DNA of 59,104 nt from Octopus sinensis (GCF_006345805.1 NW_021833091.1:1-59104); one strand, 5' to 3'. Positions 26,748 through 39,853 are shown, counted from the first letter of the stretch. Notes: a model not told the origin generated them from the letters alone. Translations and numbers: made by a program.

Positions 26748-27255
26748 ATAGGAGGGGCGGCTGAAAATTCCATAGGCTGACCAAGGTATTCTCATGAAAT
26801 ATGACTAGATGCAGTTTATTTTTCAACGTTTTTCTCCTTGCTGTTTTTTCTATCAATGTTGCTGTGGAAGGATCCTATTGGAGAAGCTCGCATTCAGTTG
26901 CTCAAAAGAAGTCATAAACTGGAGGTATGATGTCATTACTGTGGTACTGGTCCCCATCCAAGTGTTTTTTCATGTTGCAGAACAGATGGTTGTCAGACGG
27001 GGAAAAATCAAGAGATTAAGTTGGACGATCAACCAGTTCAAAGATACAGTCACACACAGCAGCCATTGATATCGGAGACTTTTGTGCTGGATCATTTTCC
27101 TGTTGAAACAAGGCAACTATCGACAGTTTTCGTGGGCGTTTGGCCTTAATAGCATTTCGTAACTGCCTTAGTAAGATGCCATCGTACTCAGCATTGACGG
27201 TTTACTCCTTCTGAAAATAGTCAATAAACACAATGCCTTTCACATCTCCCACAAT
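26748..27255 (-). mobile_element. Mariner transposon fossil, 3' half
   Basis: Minus strand: GDVKGIVFIDYFQKE*TVNAEY...FQQENDPAQKSPISMAAVCDCIFELVDRPT*SLDFSPSDNHLFCNMKKHL (cf. HQDNAPAH and HPPYSPDLAPSDY). TIR-like ggaggggcggctgaaaattccataggctgac at the left end. Confidence 0.85.
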
Positions 27256-27619
27256 TTCCGATCATCCTTTCGAGGTCGATAAATTAGATTTAGAATCTGC
27301 AACAGATAAACCAAAGGCAGAATATGATTATAATTTTCGACACAGCTAATAAATTACACGCGCACAGATATGCAATAACAATTATACCCACACACACCCA
27401 CTAACACACACACACGAACACATCACACTCACATGCACACTCACACACTTTTTCTATCATACTTACACGTGCTCATGCACAAAAAACTGAACACATGCAT
27501 AACAAACACAAAAGTACATACATACTCCTTCACACACACACACACACATATTTATGAGGCTGATTTTTCATATTGATGAATATTCCTGTGCCTGTGTTGG
27601 TTCTTTATCCATCTGCACG

Positions 27620-29400
27620 TTGAGTATAGACAGGTGAAAACAGGCATTAGGAGAATTCCACAGGGTTGAGTATGAACCAGAAGTGACTGGTACCAGCCAC
27701 GGACACATTTGCCGGATGGTCCCTCAGATATGTGGGACAGTTACGAAATAAGTAGACGTAGCTCTGAATAATAAGGACTGGTGGACCAGCAACTGCAATC
27801 ACCATCAGGGTACAGAGGACCATTGTGTGACAGCAATGAGGCAAAAGCCATATGATGTTACTGTAACAATGGGAAAAGATTCTCGTTAAATAAGCCTTGC
27901 CAAATAGGGAAGATGTTGCTGTCAGCTGTGTGAAATCAGGCCATCTAGGAGAACGCAAAGACCGACTCCAAATAGACCGCAATTGGCTCCCTGACTCCCT
28001 TTTTTCAGCTTTGAGCGTAGGGCTAGCAACTCCACCTCGTAAAAGAAATATCTGCTACTGAAACAATGAGTCGCAACGACAGCCATACACAAAGCCGGAG
28101 GAGGGATGGTAGATCATCTACAGATGAGAGTATGTCGAATTCGGGTGAAATCCGCTAGGAAGCTCAAGACATTATAAGTCGGATCTCCAATACCAAAAAT
28201 ATAATCAAAGTACGCACTTGGAATATTCGTACCTTATTTCAAGTGGGGAATATGGACCAGTTGCTGAAAGAAAAGAAAGCCTATTCCCTAGACGTGATGG
28301 GTACCAGCGAGATGAGGCGGACTGTAGAAGAGCGATTCGACTGCAGTTGGATGAATGTTATCTACTCTGGGCACAGAAGACCAGCACATTAATGGTATAG
28401 GTATCATCTTAAGTAAGGAGGCGTCGCAAGTGCTGGATAGATGGAAGCCAGTTAAAAGACAGTATAATCACAGCCAGGCTTACATTGGAATTGTGAAAAT
28501 AATCATTGTGCAAATTTATGCCACTACAAACACAGCTGAAACAGATGTTAAGGTTGCGTTTCACAATCAGCTACACAGTGTCATTGACATCAAACCAGTC
28601 ATAGGCGATTTCAAATCAGACAGATAGGGAATCGAATCGGTCATTAACCCTGACGCTTAGTTGATAAAATCAGCGACAATGGGAAAACAATACTCAATTC
28701 CGGCAACACTTGTGAACTTAGCGTCGGAACTACCTTCTTCAGACGCATACACAAAACGACGTGGACACAACGTGAAACACAAGAAACGTAATTGACTACA
28801 TCTGTATAAGTACAAGCTGGCTTATTTCTCAAGACGTTCACACCTACCAGGAAAAGTTCACTTGAAGCTGAAGAAAGACTAGCTTGCTCAGAAGGTGAGA
28901 GTGTACGCAGTAGAGAGAATGCGGATATTTTATTCGCGAGGGTAAGCAGAGCAGATTCCAGGCACTGGAACATGCATACGGCATTGAAAACTAGTGAATA
29001 ATGTTTATGCGGGCTGTGAGGGAGAGTGCAGATGAGGTACTTGTTAGAAGATGGGGAATTTCACAGGAAATGATGGAGTATAGACAACTCGTGGAACCGT
29101 ATTGATAAAAATTGAAAGGCGAAAGCAGTATGGGACCAAGCAAAAATACAAAAAGGAGTGGAGAAGAGGGGATGGAAAATACAAAGATTTCGACAAACAC
29201 ATAAAAAAGAGCTGTCGCAAATATAGGATACAAGTGAATAGAGGACAAAGAAATAGAAGCATAAGAAGGGGCGGTCGCTAACGAAACCAAGACACTGTAG
29301 CTGATAGAGAACTGAGTAGAAGCCGTAGCGGGAACAATATTACAATTAAGAGTAAATACGGCTGTGTTCTGCTCTGTAGGTACAATACTTGGGACTTACC
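27620..29400 (+). mobile_element. RTE-type LINE fossil, 5' UTR and AP endonuclease region
   Basis: IKVRTWNIRTLFQVGNMDQLLKE...LDVMGTSEMR (from ~28200), then NGIGIILSKEA...IIIVQIYATTN...VIGDF and a later IDY-like motif. Frameshifted, no RT domain visible. Confidence 0.8.
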
Positions 29401-29945
29401 CAAAAGAACGTTTGGAGACTGCATTTAATGTATCCATTCTACACCGAATTTTTTTTTAAATTAATTGTTTTTTAATTTTTAATTTGACTTACACACACAC
29501 GCACACATACACGCACACATACACACACATATACACATACACATGTATATCTAAATATATATACGTAGATATAATAATAAAGGATAAAATCGTTAGAAAT
29601 GTTATCAGTGGCCAACATATAAAAGAGATCCATTGAGGTAGATCCATGTATAGCGATTTATATTAGTATAAAAGACAATTATAATTAAGGGCGCCGAGGG
29701 TACCACGCCTATATGCTGAAAAGAGGCGCTAAATCGTCGAACGAAACTGAATCATCACTTTTATAATACAAACATGGGGAAAGCGAGGAAGTAGACTGAC
29801 AGAAATTCACAAAATCATTCAGATGGCTTTGGATTGATCAATTTCTGGATTAGTTTAATAACTCTTCCTTCATCAGCAAAGCATACTGAGCCAAATAAAT
29901 GAGACATTTATACATGGCCACAGAAAAAACATAGATATATATATA

Positions 29946-30162
29946 CGAGAGGAAATAAAAAGTTATCCGCACTTTCGCCATAAAATATCTTTATTTGTGT
30001 CACACTCTCTTCTGCGCATGCGTGCTTATAGCTGGTACTATTTTGGCAACGTGATGGAAGTTTGAGCCTGATCGCGCTATTTTTTTCTTTCTGGTTTTAC
30101 AGTCTACGCATGGCTGCTCCACTACCAATGTGCTCAAACAAGAACAAAAAGCAGTTATTCGA
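29946..30162 (+). mobile_element. Mariner 5' end (TIR, leader, start of transposase)
   Basis: TA|cgagaggaaataaaaagttatccgcact terminus. ATG at 30110 reads MAAPLP..., homologous to the opposite-strand copy ending at 30447. Confidence 0.65.
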
Positions 30163-30199
30163 GAGATGGTAAGGATGAACCGGTTCGGTGTTATCATCT

Positions 30200-30447
30200 C
30201 TAGAACTTGCTGAATATTCTCGAACAGTAATGGAGGCTGAGCGTCTTGCTTCCGCTCCGTGCGTCACGTTTATCCGGCCACTTTTAAACTTCTTGATCCA
30301 CTGATACACACTTCTATGCGGTAGTGCACTGTCTCCGATGAATTTCAGCACGTGACACATTTTCTGACCACGGAAATCGTGTCACTGCTCCTTGTACTTA
30401 TTTGGTGTACATTACTGGTGGAGCGGCCATGCTTAGACTGTAAAGCC
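30200..30447 (-). mobile_element. Mariner transposase N-terminus, second copy in opposite orientation
   Basis: From ATG 30430: MAAPPVMYTK*VQGAVTRFPWSE...LPHRSVYQWIKKFKSGRINVTH (cf. mariner VYEWxxxFKxGRxSV). Confidence 0.75.
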
Positions 30448-30657
30448 TTTATCCTATCCAATTCAATATAATTAGAACGTCTTTTCTTTTCTTTGAGCTG
30501 GTGTTGAGAGATTTTGTTGCTATTGTTGTTTGTATTACTGTTGTTGGTTCTCTTTTGTTGTTTCACTTGTTACTTCCGGTGGTATGTTTCAAATACGGGG
30601 CACCCCTGAAGCTACTGTCAATTGATTCCAGCCGGGCCAAAACCATCATTTTCCTAG

Positions 30658-30815
30658 GCAGGCGCAACTGTGTTGTAAGAAGTTTGCTTTTCAACCAAAT
30701 GGCTGCGGGTTCAGTTCCACTGCATGGCACCTTGGGCAATAGCCTTGCACTATAGCCTCGAGTCGACCAATTTCTGGTGATTGGATTTGGTGAGCGGAAA
30801 CTGAAAGGAATCCAT
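30658..30815 (+). mobile_element. SINE family B, 5' half
   Basis: gggttcagttccactgcatggcaccttgggcaa...cactatagcctcgagtcgacc...gcggaaactgaaag. Confidence 0.75.
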
Positions 30816-30825
30816 TGTGCGTGAG

Positions 30826-31102
30826 TCATCCCTGGCTCGTAAGGGCCGGTTTCCCGGTTTCCTTGGTTTACAGGTTCCCCATCTGGACGGGTCGCCGGTC
30901 CGTCGCATGTAACTGCAATATTCTGGAGGAAAGAGCGAGAGAAAGTTGTGGCGAAAGTGTCAGCAGAGGTTCGCTTCTGCCGGTGCCGCGTGGAGCTTAG
31001 GTGTTTCGCTCATAAACACACACATCCACCGGTCTGAGATTCGAACCTGCGATCCCTCGACTGCGAGCCCGCTGCTTTAACCACTAGGCCTTGTTCCTCC
31101 AC
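30826..31102 (-). mobile_element. tRNA-derived SINE family D
   Basis: Minus strand starts gtggaggaacaaggcctagtggttaaagcagcgggctcgcagtcgagggatcgcaggttcgaatctc (A and B boxes), followed by a GC-richer body. Confidence 0.75.
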
Positions 31103-31105
31103 ACA

Positions 31106-31136
<31 letters not shown>

Positions 31137-31872
31137 CATGCGTGCGTCTGTGTGCGTGTATATATGTGTGTGACGTTGTGTGTTGTGTGTGTATGTGTAT
31201 ATCTTTTTGTGTGTTTCTTCTCCCCTACTAGTGTAGATGTGTTTGTGATGCAGTATCTTAGATTAAGTCAGTACCAGGCTTTATAAAAATAAGTACTCAG
31301 TAGATACATTCAACTAAAATTCTTCAAAGCCGAGCTCTAGCATGGCTGCATCCTCATGACTGAAACAAATAAAAGATAAAGAGATAAAAAATACTGCAAT
31401 TTTCAAAATGCGTAATCCAATATGTTCTTATTAAGATGTGCTATTTAATGGAGGTATTACTTCTCTTTCTAGCAACCAGATTAACTACAGGGAAGATGTG
31501 ATGCTTACTCATCAATTTGGCTGTTGTTGTCAACGTGATTGTTGTCATTAACTCTTTCATGTCGTGTGCTTATAATAGAAATGATTAATTCTGTTCTCTG
31601 TAACAAGTCTACCCCTATGTTGTTTCCTAAGACTCTAAGATGTCATAGAATAGTGATTTGCTACTGGAATCTTGCTAAATTTCTTTCAACTACTTCATGT
31701 TTTCCAATATTTCTCCGATTATTAAAAAGCAAATAAGATAGAGTATTATGTGCATTTGTATGCTGGTGACAAAAATTGCATTCATTTTTCTTTTCTCGAA
31801 AGTAAAAAAAAAAACACAAAAAAATGAGATGTCTCGAACATTTAATCACGAATATATTATATTTATTAAGTC

Positions 31873-32483
31873 GGGGAGCTGGCAGAATCGTTAGCACGCC
31901 GGGCGAAATGCTTAGCAGTATTTCGTCTGCCGTTAAGTTCTGAGTTCAAATTCCGCCAAGGTTGACTTTGCCTTTCATCATTCCGGGGTCGAGTAAATAA
32001 GTACCAGTTACGCACTGAGATCGATAGAATCGACTTAATCCGTTTGTCTGTCCTTGTTTGTCGTCTCTGTGTTTAGCCCCTTGTGGGTAGTAAAGAAATA
32101 GGTATTTCGTCTGGCGTTACGTTCTGAGTTCAAATTCCGCCGAGGTCGACTTTACCTTTTATCCTTTCGGGAATGATAAATTAAGTACTAGTTACGCACT
32201 GGGGTCGATGTAATCGAGTTAATCCCTTTGTCTATCCTTGTTTGTCCCCTCTATGTTTAGCCCCTTGTGAGCAATAAACAAATAAGGAACGTTAGCAGGC
32301 CGGGCGAAATGTTTAGCAGTATTTCGTCTGTCTTTACGTTCTGAGTTCAAATTCAGCCAATGTCGACTTTGCCCTTTATTCTTTCGGGGACGATAAATAA
32401 AATACCAGTTGCGTACTAGTGTCGATCTAATCGACTGGCTCCTCCCACAAAATTTCGGGCCTTGTGCCTAGAGTAGAAAACAA
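31873..32483 (+). mobile_element. Trimeric SINE family A
   Basis: gtatttcgtctg...gttctgagttcaaattc units start at 31918, 32102 and 32319. The last unit ends in aatttcgggccttgtgcctagagtagaaaa. Confidence 0.9.
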
Positions 32484-33606
32484 TATATTGTATTTATTAA
32501 TAACAAACAGTATGTTTTCATGGTTACATACAATAAAGCATATTTAGTATCGCTGTGAATTTAGAAACACATTACGATGCATTGGCGCTCTATTTGTGAA
32601 GGAAGTTCCGATAAATCAACTACGTTATATAATGCGGTGTTCTTGTTGTATTTTAGACGTTATGGTGTATATTAAAAAATATTTCACTGCTATTTCTAGC
32701 AGGTCTAGAGAGCACGTAAAAATTTCATTTTCGTTGTCTTACCTTTGTCTTTGCTGATTCCATGAAAGCAGTTGCGACCTCTTATACGTTGGTAACGGAG
32801 GCTTTCGATTGGTTTAATTTACATAACTTTAAATAAGTGTAACTTTCTCGTTACTAGTTTGTAGAATAAATGAATACAATTTTTGACATCAGCATACAAA
32901 ATTACACGAGAATATATTTTTTTTTTAATATATTGTTGAAAATTTGAATAGAAAATTTAAAGTAGCCAAAGAAAAATAAGAAGATACGGCTATTGTATTA
33001 TACAAGTCTAGTTATCATCGAAAAGTTTTCACTAAACTTCATTATAAACCATATCTCGATAGAGACTGCTGTAGTCGTGATAAAATATATTACAAGGTGG
33101 GCATAGCCGGACAGAGGATACTGTAGTCGGACATAATTATATATCAGCGCAATTTTATTGTAATCAAATAGAAACATATAATTAAATGGTCCGTCTGTGG
33201 CAACATCAATATTGACATCTAGATTCGATGATCAAACAGAGGTCAACAGTAGAAACCAAGGCTCTGACAGTAGTATTCTATTTATCATTATAAAACCCCA
33301 TCAGCGGGTTTATTAACAGCCCTACTAATATACATCAATATATGAATACATGAATATAGATGTGTGTTTGTAGAGTACATACATATATATATATGTGCGC
33401 ATAAAAACGCATACTTATGTATATGTACATATAGGTTGCCACGCAATGTCGTTGGGAGGCTGGCTTCCCAACCAAGACACATTGGGTTCAGTCCCATTAC
33501 ATGACACTTTGGACGACTACGCATTGAGCGAATTTGATAGACATAAACTCACACATACATATATGTGTGACTTTATACAATAATCTGAAGAAGTCATATA
33601 TATATA

Positions 33607-34005
33607 GGCGTAGGAGTGGCTGTGTGGTAAGTAGCTTGCTTACGAACCACATGGTTCCGGGTTCAGTCCCACTGCGTGGCACATTGAGCAAGTGTCTTCT
33701 ACTATAGCTTTGGGTCGGCCAAAACCGTGTGACTGGATTTGGTAGACGGAAACTGAAAGAAGCCCGTCATATATATATATATATATATGTTTGCATGTAT
33801 ATGTTTGTGTGTCTGTGTTTGTTCCCCCAACATCGCTTGACAACCGATGCTGGTGTGTTTACGCCCCCGTAACTTAGCGGTTCGGCACGAGCGACCGATA
33901 GAATAAGTACTTGGCTTACAAAAAATATGTCTTAGGGTCGATTTTCTCCATTAAAGTCGGTGCTCCAGCATGGCCGCAGTCAAATGACTGAAACAAATAA
34001 AAGAA
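33607..34005 (+). mobile_element. SINE family B, near full length
   Basis: ggcgtaggagtggctgtgtggtaagtagcttgc... through ccagcatggccgcagtcaaatgactgaaacaa. Confidence 0.9.
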
Positions 34006-35567
34006 AAAAAGAAAGAAAAAGAATATATCTATAGAGAGATAGATAGCTAGATGTGCGTGATGCTCTCCAATTTGTTTGTGTTTACCAAATTCACTCACAA
34101 AATTCTGGTCGTGCTGCGTACTGGAACTGAACCAAAATCTATGTGATTGGGAAACAAATTTCTTACCACACAACCATTCTTACTTCTATAAATAGAAAAG
34201 AGAGAAAATTTTTATCTAAGTATTAATACAATTTCACTTGCTCACTATTTTACTCTACTGTCACGAACTCTTTCTCTTTCTGCCTCTGGCTCTCCCTCTC
34301 TTTTTCTCAGTCTCTCTCTCTCTCTCTCTCTCTCTGTTCATCTCTGACTATTTCTCCCTCCCTCTCTCTCATCTCCACTCCTTTTGTCTCTCTCTTTGTA
34401 TTCGTTTCTATTGAGAACTGATAATCTGGAAATACGACATTTAGATTCAAACTTATTTAAAATTGCCTCTTTCCCACGGTCTTTTCTACTCAATTCTAAA
34501 ATCATCATCACCATCAACGTCATAGTCATCATTAACAGCGTCGAGTACATAGTTACCTTTTACGGAACCAACCATTCCTTTTACTAATAGCAGTAACACC
34601 ACCACCACCATCACCACCATCACCATCATCATCACCATCGTCATCATCATCATCATCATCATCAAAAGTTGCACCATAACAAGGACCAAAATAGACATCG
34701 CTTCATGCGGTAACAATTAACACTCAACCTTTCCAGCACACCACCACCATCACTACTACCACCACCGCCACGACCACCACCTCGAAGAACTCCCCACCAA
34801 CATCACCACCACCAACAACAACACCACAACAACAGCAACAACATCATTATTAGTGCTGCCGCCACCACCACTACAACCACAACCTCTATACTTCATCCCT
34901 ACATAACCTCAACCAACACCAAGACCACCACCTCCAGGAATCATCCGTACAAGCATCCCCCACTTCATCAACCATTCAATAAAATATACCACCACTGCCA
35001 CCGATAACACCACAACACCATCACGATCAGCACTACCACCACAACCTCCACACACTACCACCATCACCACGACCACTACTATTACCAACATCACTGGCTC
35101 CATCACTACTATTTAATTCTTCAGACTCGCCACCACCTCCAGTCCTCTTCCCTACATATACTCCACCTCCACCGTGACCATAGCCACACACCCCCTCCAA
35201 CGAACGTTCTAAAAAAATGTCCCATCACCATCACCGCTACCACCACTACCAAATTTAACACTAGCCCACATCTCTCTACTAACACAGCAACATCGCTACC
35301 ACTCATCCCTACAGACACTCACCTACCACTAGCACCCCACCTCTACACCTCATCCAAACACTTACACAACCACCACCATCACCAAAATGACTTCACCGCC
35401 ACTTAAGGAAAACTCAGTAATATCCTGAAATCCAATCATCGGTATTTATAATTCTATTGTGTCAAAATTTCATCCAGTGAGGCTTAATATGATCATGACC
35501 ATCCCGTGTAATTCCCTTGAAATATTATACGACATAAGTGTTCATTATTTACATGCCATATATCAAG

Positions 35568-35893
35568 GGCATATGGCATAGTCGTTAAGGGCGTGGGCTA
35601 CTAACCCTAAGATTTCGAGTTCGATTCCAGGCAGTGACCTTAATAATAATAATAATAATAATAATGATAATAATAATAATAACAACAACAACAACAAAAA
35701 CAACAACGATAATTTTAAAAACTCGAAAAATACCTTAGGAATCAGAACCCAGGTTCGAAATTTCCCCATGATGCCTGATGAAGGCTGGAGGGTATATCAG
35801 TCGAAACGTTGTGTTAACAACAAAGAAGATGAGGACAAATATCCGTCAAATGTAAATAATGTGCATAATTCCTCGTCTCTTAAATATAGAACT
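35568..35893 (+). mobile_element. tRNA-headed element: Pol III head - (AAT)n(AAC)n - hammerhead-bearing tail
   Basis: Head ggcatatggcatagtcgttaagggcgtgggctactaaccctaagatttcgagttcgattcc (A box, 7-nt loop CTACTAA, B box GTTCGATTC), spacer 35641-35710, hammerhead motif at 35770-35815. Confidence 0.6.
35770..35815 (+). ncRNA. Minimal type I hammerhead ribozyme motif
   Basis: gatgc CTGATGA(35775-81) a ggctgg-agggtata-tcagtc GAAAC(35803-07) GTT gtgtt. Stem II is 6 bp with 2 G-U pairs, stem I is 5 bp mostly wobble, and stem III is a loopless palindromic AACGTT. Confidence 0.72.
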
Positions 35894-37140
35894 GACTTAA
35901 GTGTCACCGGAATTCTGGAAGTAAACTTTTGCCGCCATGAATAATATCAGGAAATGTAGTACTCGTACTTTAATTTTCGTTTTACTTTTATCAAATCTCT
36001 TATTGTTTCTATACAAAACCATGGAAAGAATATTCATTTGCAGGAAAAAAAGTCATTACTTTAAAATAAAATTGGAAACACAGATTTTAAATTAGTATAA
36101 CTCTGTCATTTAATTCCTCACTTCCACCTCCTCCTCGTCCTCCTTGTCCACATCCGATTCGTCCACTTTTCTTCGTCTTACTCTCTCCTCCTCCAAAACT
36201 TCCCCTCTTCCTTCTCGATCTCATTGTCTCCCTTGTCCTCATCCTCCTCATCCTTTACATCCTCTCCCTCGTCTTCCTCATCGTCGTTTTCGTCGTACTC
36301 CTCCGTCTCCTCCTCCTCCCTTTCTTCTCTATCTGTTTATTCATCCTCTTCTTTATCAACTTCCTCCTCTTCTTCTTCATTTTTTTCCTTTTACTCGTCC
36401 TCCTCTTTCTCTTGTTTCTCATCCCCTTCTTTCTCGTTTTCCTCCTTGTCCTCCTTCTCATTCTCTCATCCTCTTTTCCTTCTTTCCCCTCACCTCACCT
36501 ATCTGAATGATCTCGCTTCCTGCTCACGCACACGTGTTCGTTTACTCCTTACCTGCCACCAGGCCTAGTATGTGCATCCATTTGCACCTCTTATTATATC
36601 AGTATTTCCTATACACATTTTCCCTATAAGATGTAAAACAGGATAAACCAATGAAGCGCTGAACCAATAAACCAACCAACGTTTATGTCGGTTATCATAA
36701 GATAAAGATGTCCAGAATTGAGTCATCACATACATTCATATTATTCTGAGAAAGTAAGGGGCGTGTTTGAAAGGGGATTCGGTAATTTTTTTCTAGCAGA
36801 GCAAGTCCTTCTCTCTCAACAAAACAATCAACGACACCAACAAATAGACATTAATATCTCAATTAAAATACCGACACCCACACGAAGAGCACCGCCACCT
36901 AACCCACTATCGCCATTACTACCACCACCAGCAACCTCATCACCATCATCATCATCGTCATCTTCATTGTCATCACCACCACCACTAGCATCAGAATCAT
37001 CATTATCACTACCACCAACAACAACACCATCATCACCAACATCACCACCACCACCACCAACAACAACAACAAAAACAACAACAACAAAAACAACAACAAC
37101 ACCATCATCATCATCATCAACATCGTCATCATCGCCCTCG

Positions 37141-37174
<34 letters not shown>

Positions 37175-37177
37175 TAT

Positions 37178-37212
<35 letters not shown>

Positions 37213-37215
<3 letters not shown>

Positions 37216-37529
37216 CGTCGTCAGCATCATTATCGAGGTCGTAGTCTGCGTCGGTGCTGTTGATGTCTCTACCATTATACATTTGCTAACGTAAGGGCTT
37301 TCACCATTATCAACAAGATGTGACCCCGGGATATAACTCAACAATATGGTCACCTTTGGAAAGACCTCTATGAGTTTTGACGAGATTTTTAATAACAACA
37401 ATAACACAAACCTTAACGCCACCTCTATCATCAATTTGAGACCCCCGGATATGACTCAACAAGACGGTCACATTTTGAAATTCTTCGATCAGATTTGATG
37501 ATATTTCAAACATCAACAACATTAGCACT

Positions 37530-37564
<35 letters not shown>

Positions 37565-37583
37565 ATCATCATCATCACATTAT

Positions 37584-37621
<38 letters not shown>

Positions 37622-37935
37622 CGTCGTCAGCATCATTATCGAGGTCGTAGTCTGCGTCGGTGCTGTTGATGTCTCTACCATTATACATTTGCTAACGTAA
37701 GGGCTTTCACCATTATCAACAAGATGTGACCCCGGGATATAACTCAACAATATGGTCACCTTTGGAAAGACCTCTATGAGTTTTGACGAGATTTTTAATA
37801 ACAACAATAACACAAACCTTAACGCCACCTCTATCATCAATTTGAGACCCCCGGATATGACTCAACAAGACGGTCACATTTTGAAATTCTTCGATCAGAT
37901 TTGATGATATTTCAAACATCAACAACATTAGCACT

Positions 37936-37938
<3 letters not shown>
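37213..37938. repeat. Tandem duplication with a 406-bp period (320-bp cores at 37213-37532 and 37619-37938)
   Basis: The cores look identical by eye, and the ORF track shows identical ORFs offset by 406 nt. Confidence 0.92.
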
Positions 37939-38000
<62 letters not shown>

Positions 38001-38166
38001 AATCATCATTATCGTCATCATTATCATTATCTTCTTCTTCTTCTTCTTCTCCTTCTTCTTCTTCTACTTCTTCTTTTTCTTCTTCTTCTTCTCCTTCTTC
38101 TTCTTCTTCTTCTTCTTCTTCTTCTGCTTCTTCTCCTTCTTCTTCTTCTTCTTCTTCTTCAACATA

Positions 38167-38375
38167 AGGCAGGATCGTTAGCACGCAGGGCGAAATGCGT
38201 AGCCACATTTCGTCTGCCGTTACGTTCTGAGTTCAAATTCCGCCGAGATCGACTTTGTCTTTCATCCTTCTGGAGTCGATAAAATATGTACCAGTTGAGT
38301 ACTGGGGTTGATGAATTCGACTATCCCCCTCCACCCCAATTTCAGGCTTTGTACCTATAGTAGAAAGGATTATCT
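38167..38375 (+). mobile_element. SINE family A monomer
   Basis: cgttagcacgcagggcgaaatgcg...gttctgagttcaaattccgccgag...aatttcaggctttgtacctatagtagaaaggatt. Confidence 0.85.
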
Positions 38376-39800
38376 TCTTTAATATCATTCTCGATCTACG
38401 ACATAGCTTCTGTGCGACCAAATGAAGTAACACTAATATCTCGCTCAGTCTATAGGCACACATGCTGCTGTCTGAAAATGGAAGCTTGATCCCCACAACC
38501 ATCGACACCAATGTCTGTCTCTAACATCATATTATTATTATCATCATTACTGTGATCCTAAGCATAATTCATTTAAAGGTCGTGAACCTCACCATTTCCA
38601 CCACTATCATCATCATCATCATTTCCACATCAACCCCCACAATCATCATCATCATCATCGCCATCACCCCCCACGTCATCATCGTCACTGTCATTGTCCT
38701 CATCATCATAATTATCACCGCCATCGTCATCGGCATCGCAATCATGATCACGATCAACATCATCAGCAGCATTATCGTCATCATCCTCGATATCATCATC
38801 ACCATCATCATCATCATCATCATCTTCATCATCATCATCATCTTCATCATCATAATCATCACCATCACCACCACCACCATCATCATCATCAATATAATCA
38901 TCATCACCATCATCATCATCATCATCATCATCACCACCACATCATCATCATCATCAAAATATTCATCACCATTATCATCATCATCATCATCAACATCATC
39001 TTCGTCGTCGTCATCATTATCTTCATCGTCATGTGGTCGTTATAATGATCGTCGTTGTCATCATCCTCATGTCGTCGTTATTATCATCATCACCATCATC
39101 TTCATCATCTTCATCCTCGGCCACCTCTCCCCTTCCTACCCCTCCTCTTCATCATTAGCATCTTTACTGTAACCACTAACACCATCGCCTTAATTACCAT
39201 CAGCACTGTCTACTACCTCAACCCCATCCCGAACACTATCTCTCCCATAACCACCACCATCAGCAGCACTACCACCAATAACAACAACGACAAGTGCAAC
39301 AACATTACTATCACCACCAGTTCCATTGCATTCACCACTAATACCTATAACAGCATCAATGCCACCAGAACGATCCACCATCACAACCACGAGCATCCCC
39401 ATCACCCCAACAGCCACCGTCGCTAACACCACCACCACCACCACCACAACCACCACTAACAGTTACACCAACACCGCATCCACCATCACCTTCTCCCTCG
39501 TAACAGTCACTGTCTCAATAACTGCCAACCGTCATTGTATTTATTATATTTTAGCTGTTGCTTTTTATATTGTTTGCCATCTAATGTCGGACCGAAGAGG
39601 AGATTTAAGATGGCAATGCTTAATCCCCATGTGAGATTTGAACCTTAGCCCAGTTAATCCGTACTGACATGAGCTGATTGATAAGTTAATCCAGCCTTGA
39701 AAATCTTTTATCGGAGGAATGAGGTAAGTGAGGTGAGCGATGAATCTATAGGTACATAAATAATACATGCATATACATATACGTATATATATATATAATA

Positions 39801-39853
<53 letters not shown>

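Larger units (their letters stand above)
34500..39520. repeat. Extended, interrupted low-complexity trinucleotide region (CAT/CAC/CAA/CTT/CCT)
   Basis: Tracts at about 34500-35400, 36120-36520, 36880-38160 and 38520-39520. They account for the poly-M/I/S/E ORFs. Confidence 0.9.

Noticed and set aside
35568-35640. Functional tRNA gene
   Set aside because: A and B boxes and an anticodon-like loop are present, but the acceptor and anticodon stems pair poorly and it runs into an (AAT)n tract. It is better read as a SINE-type head.
39720-39729. Perfect donor GAG|GTAAGT
   Set aside because: Upstream frames are closed within about 30-80 nt and there is no convincing acceptor.
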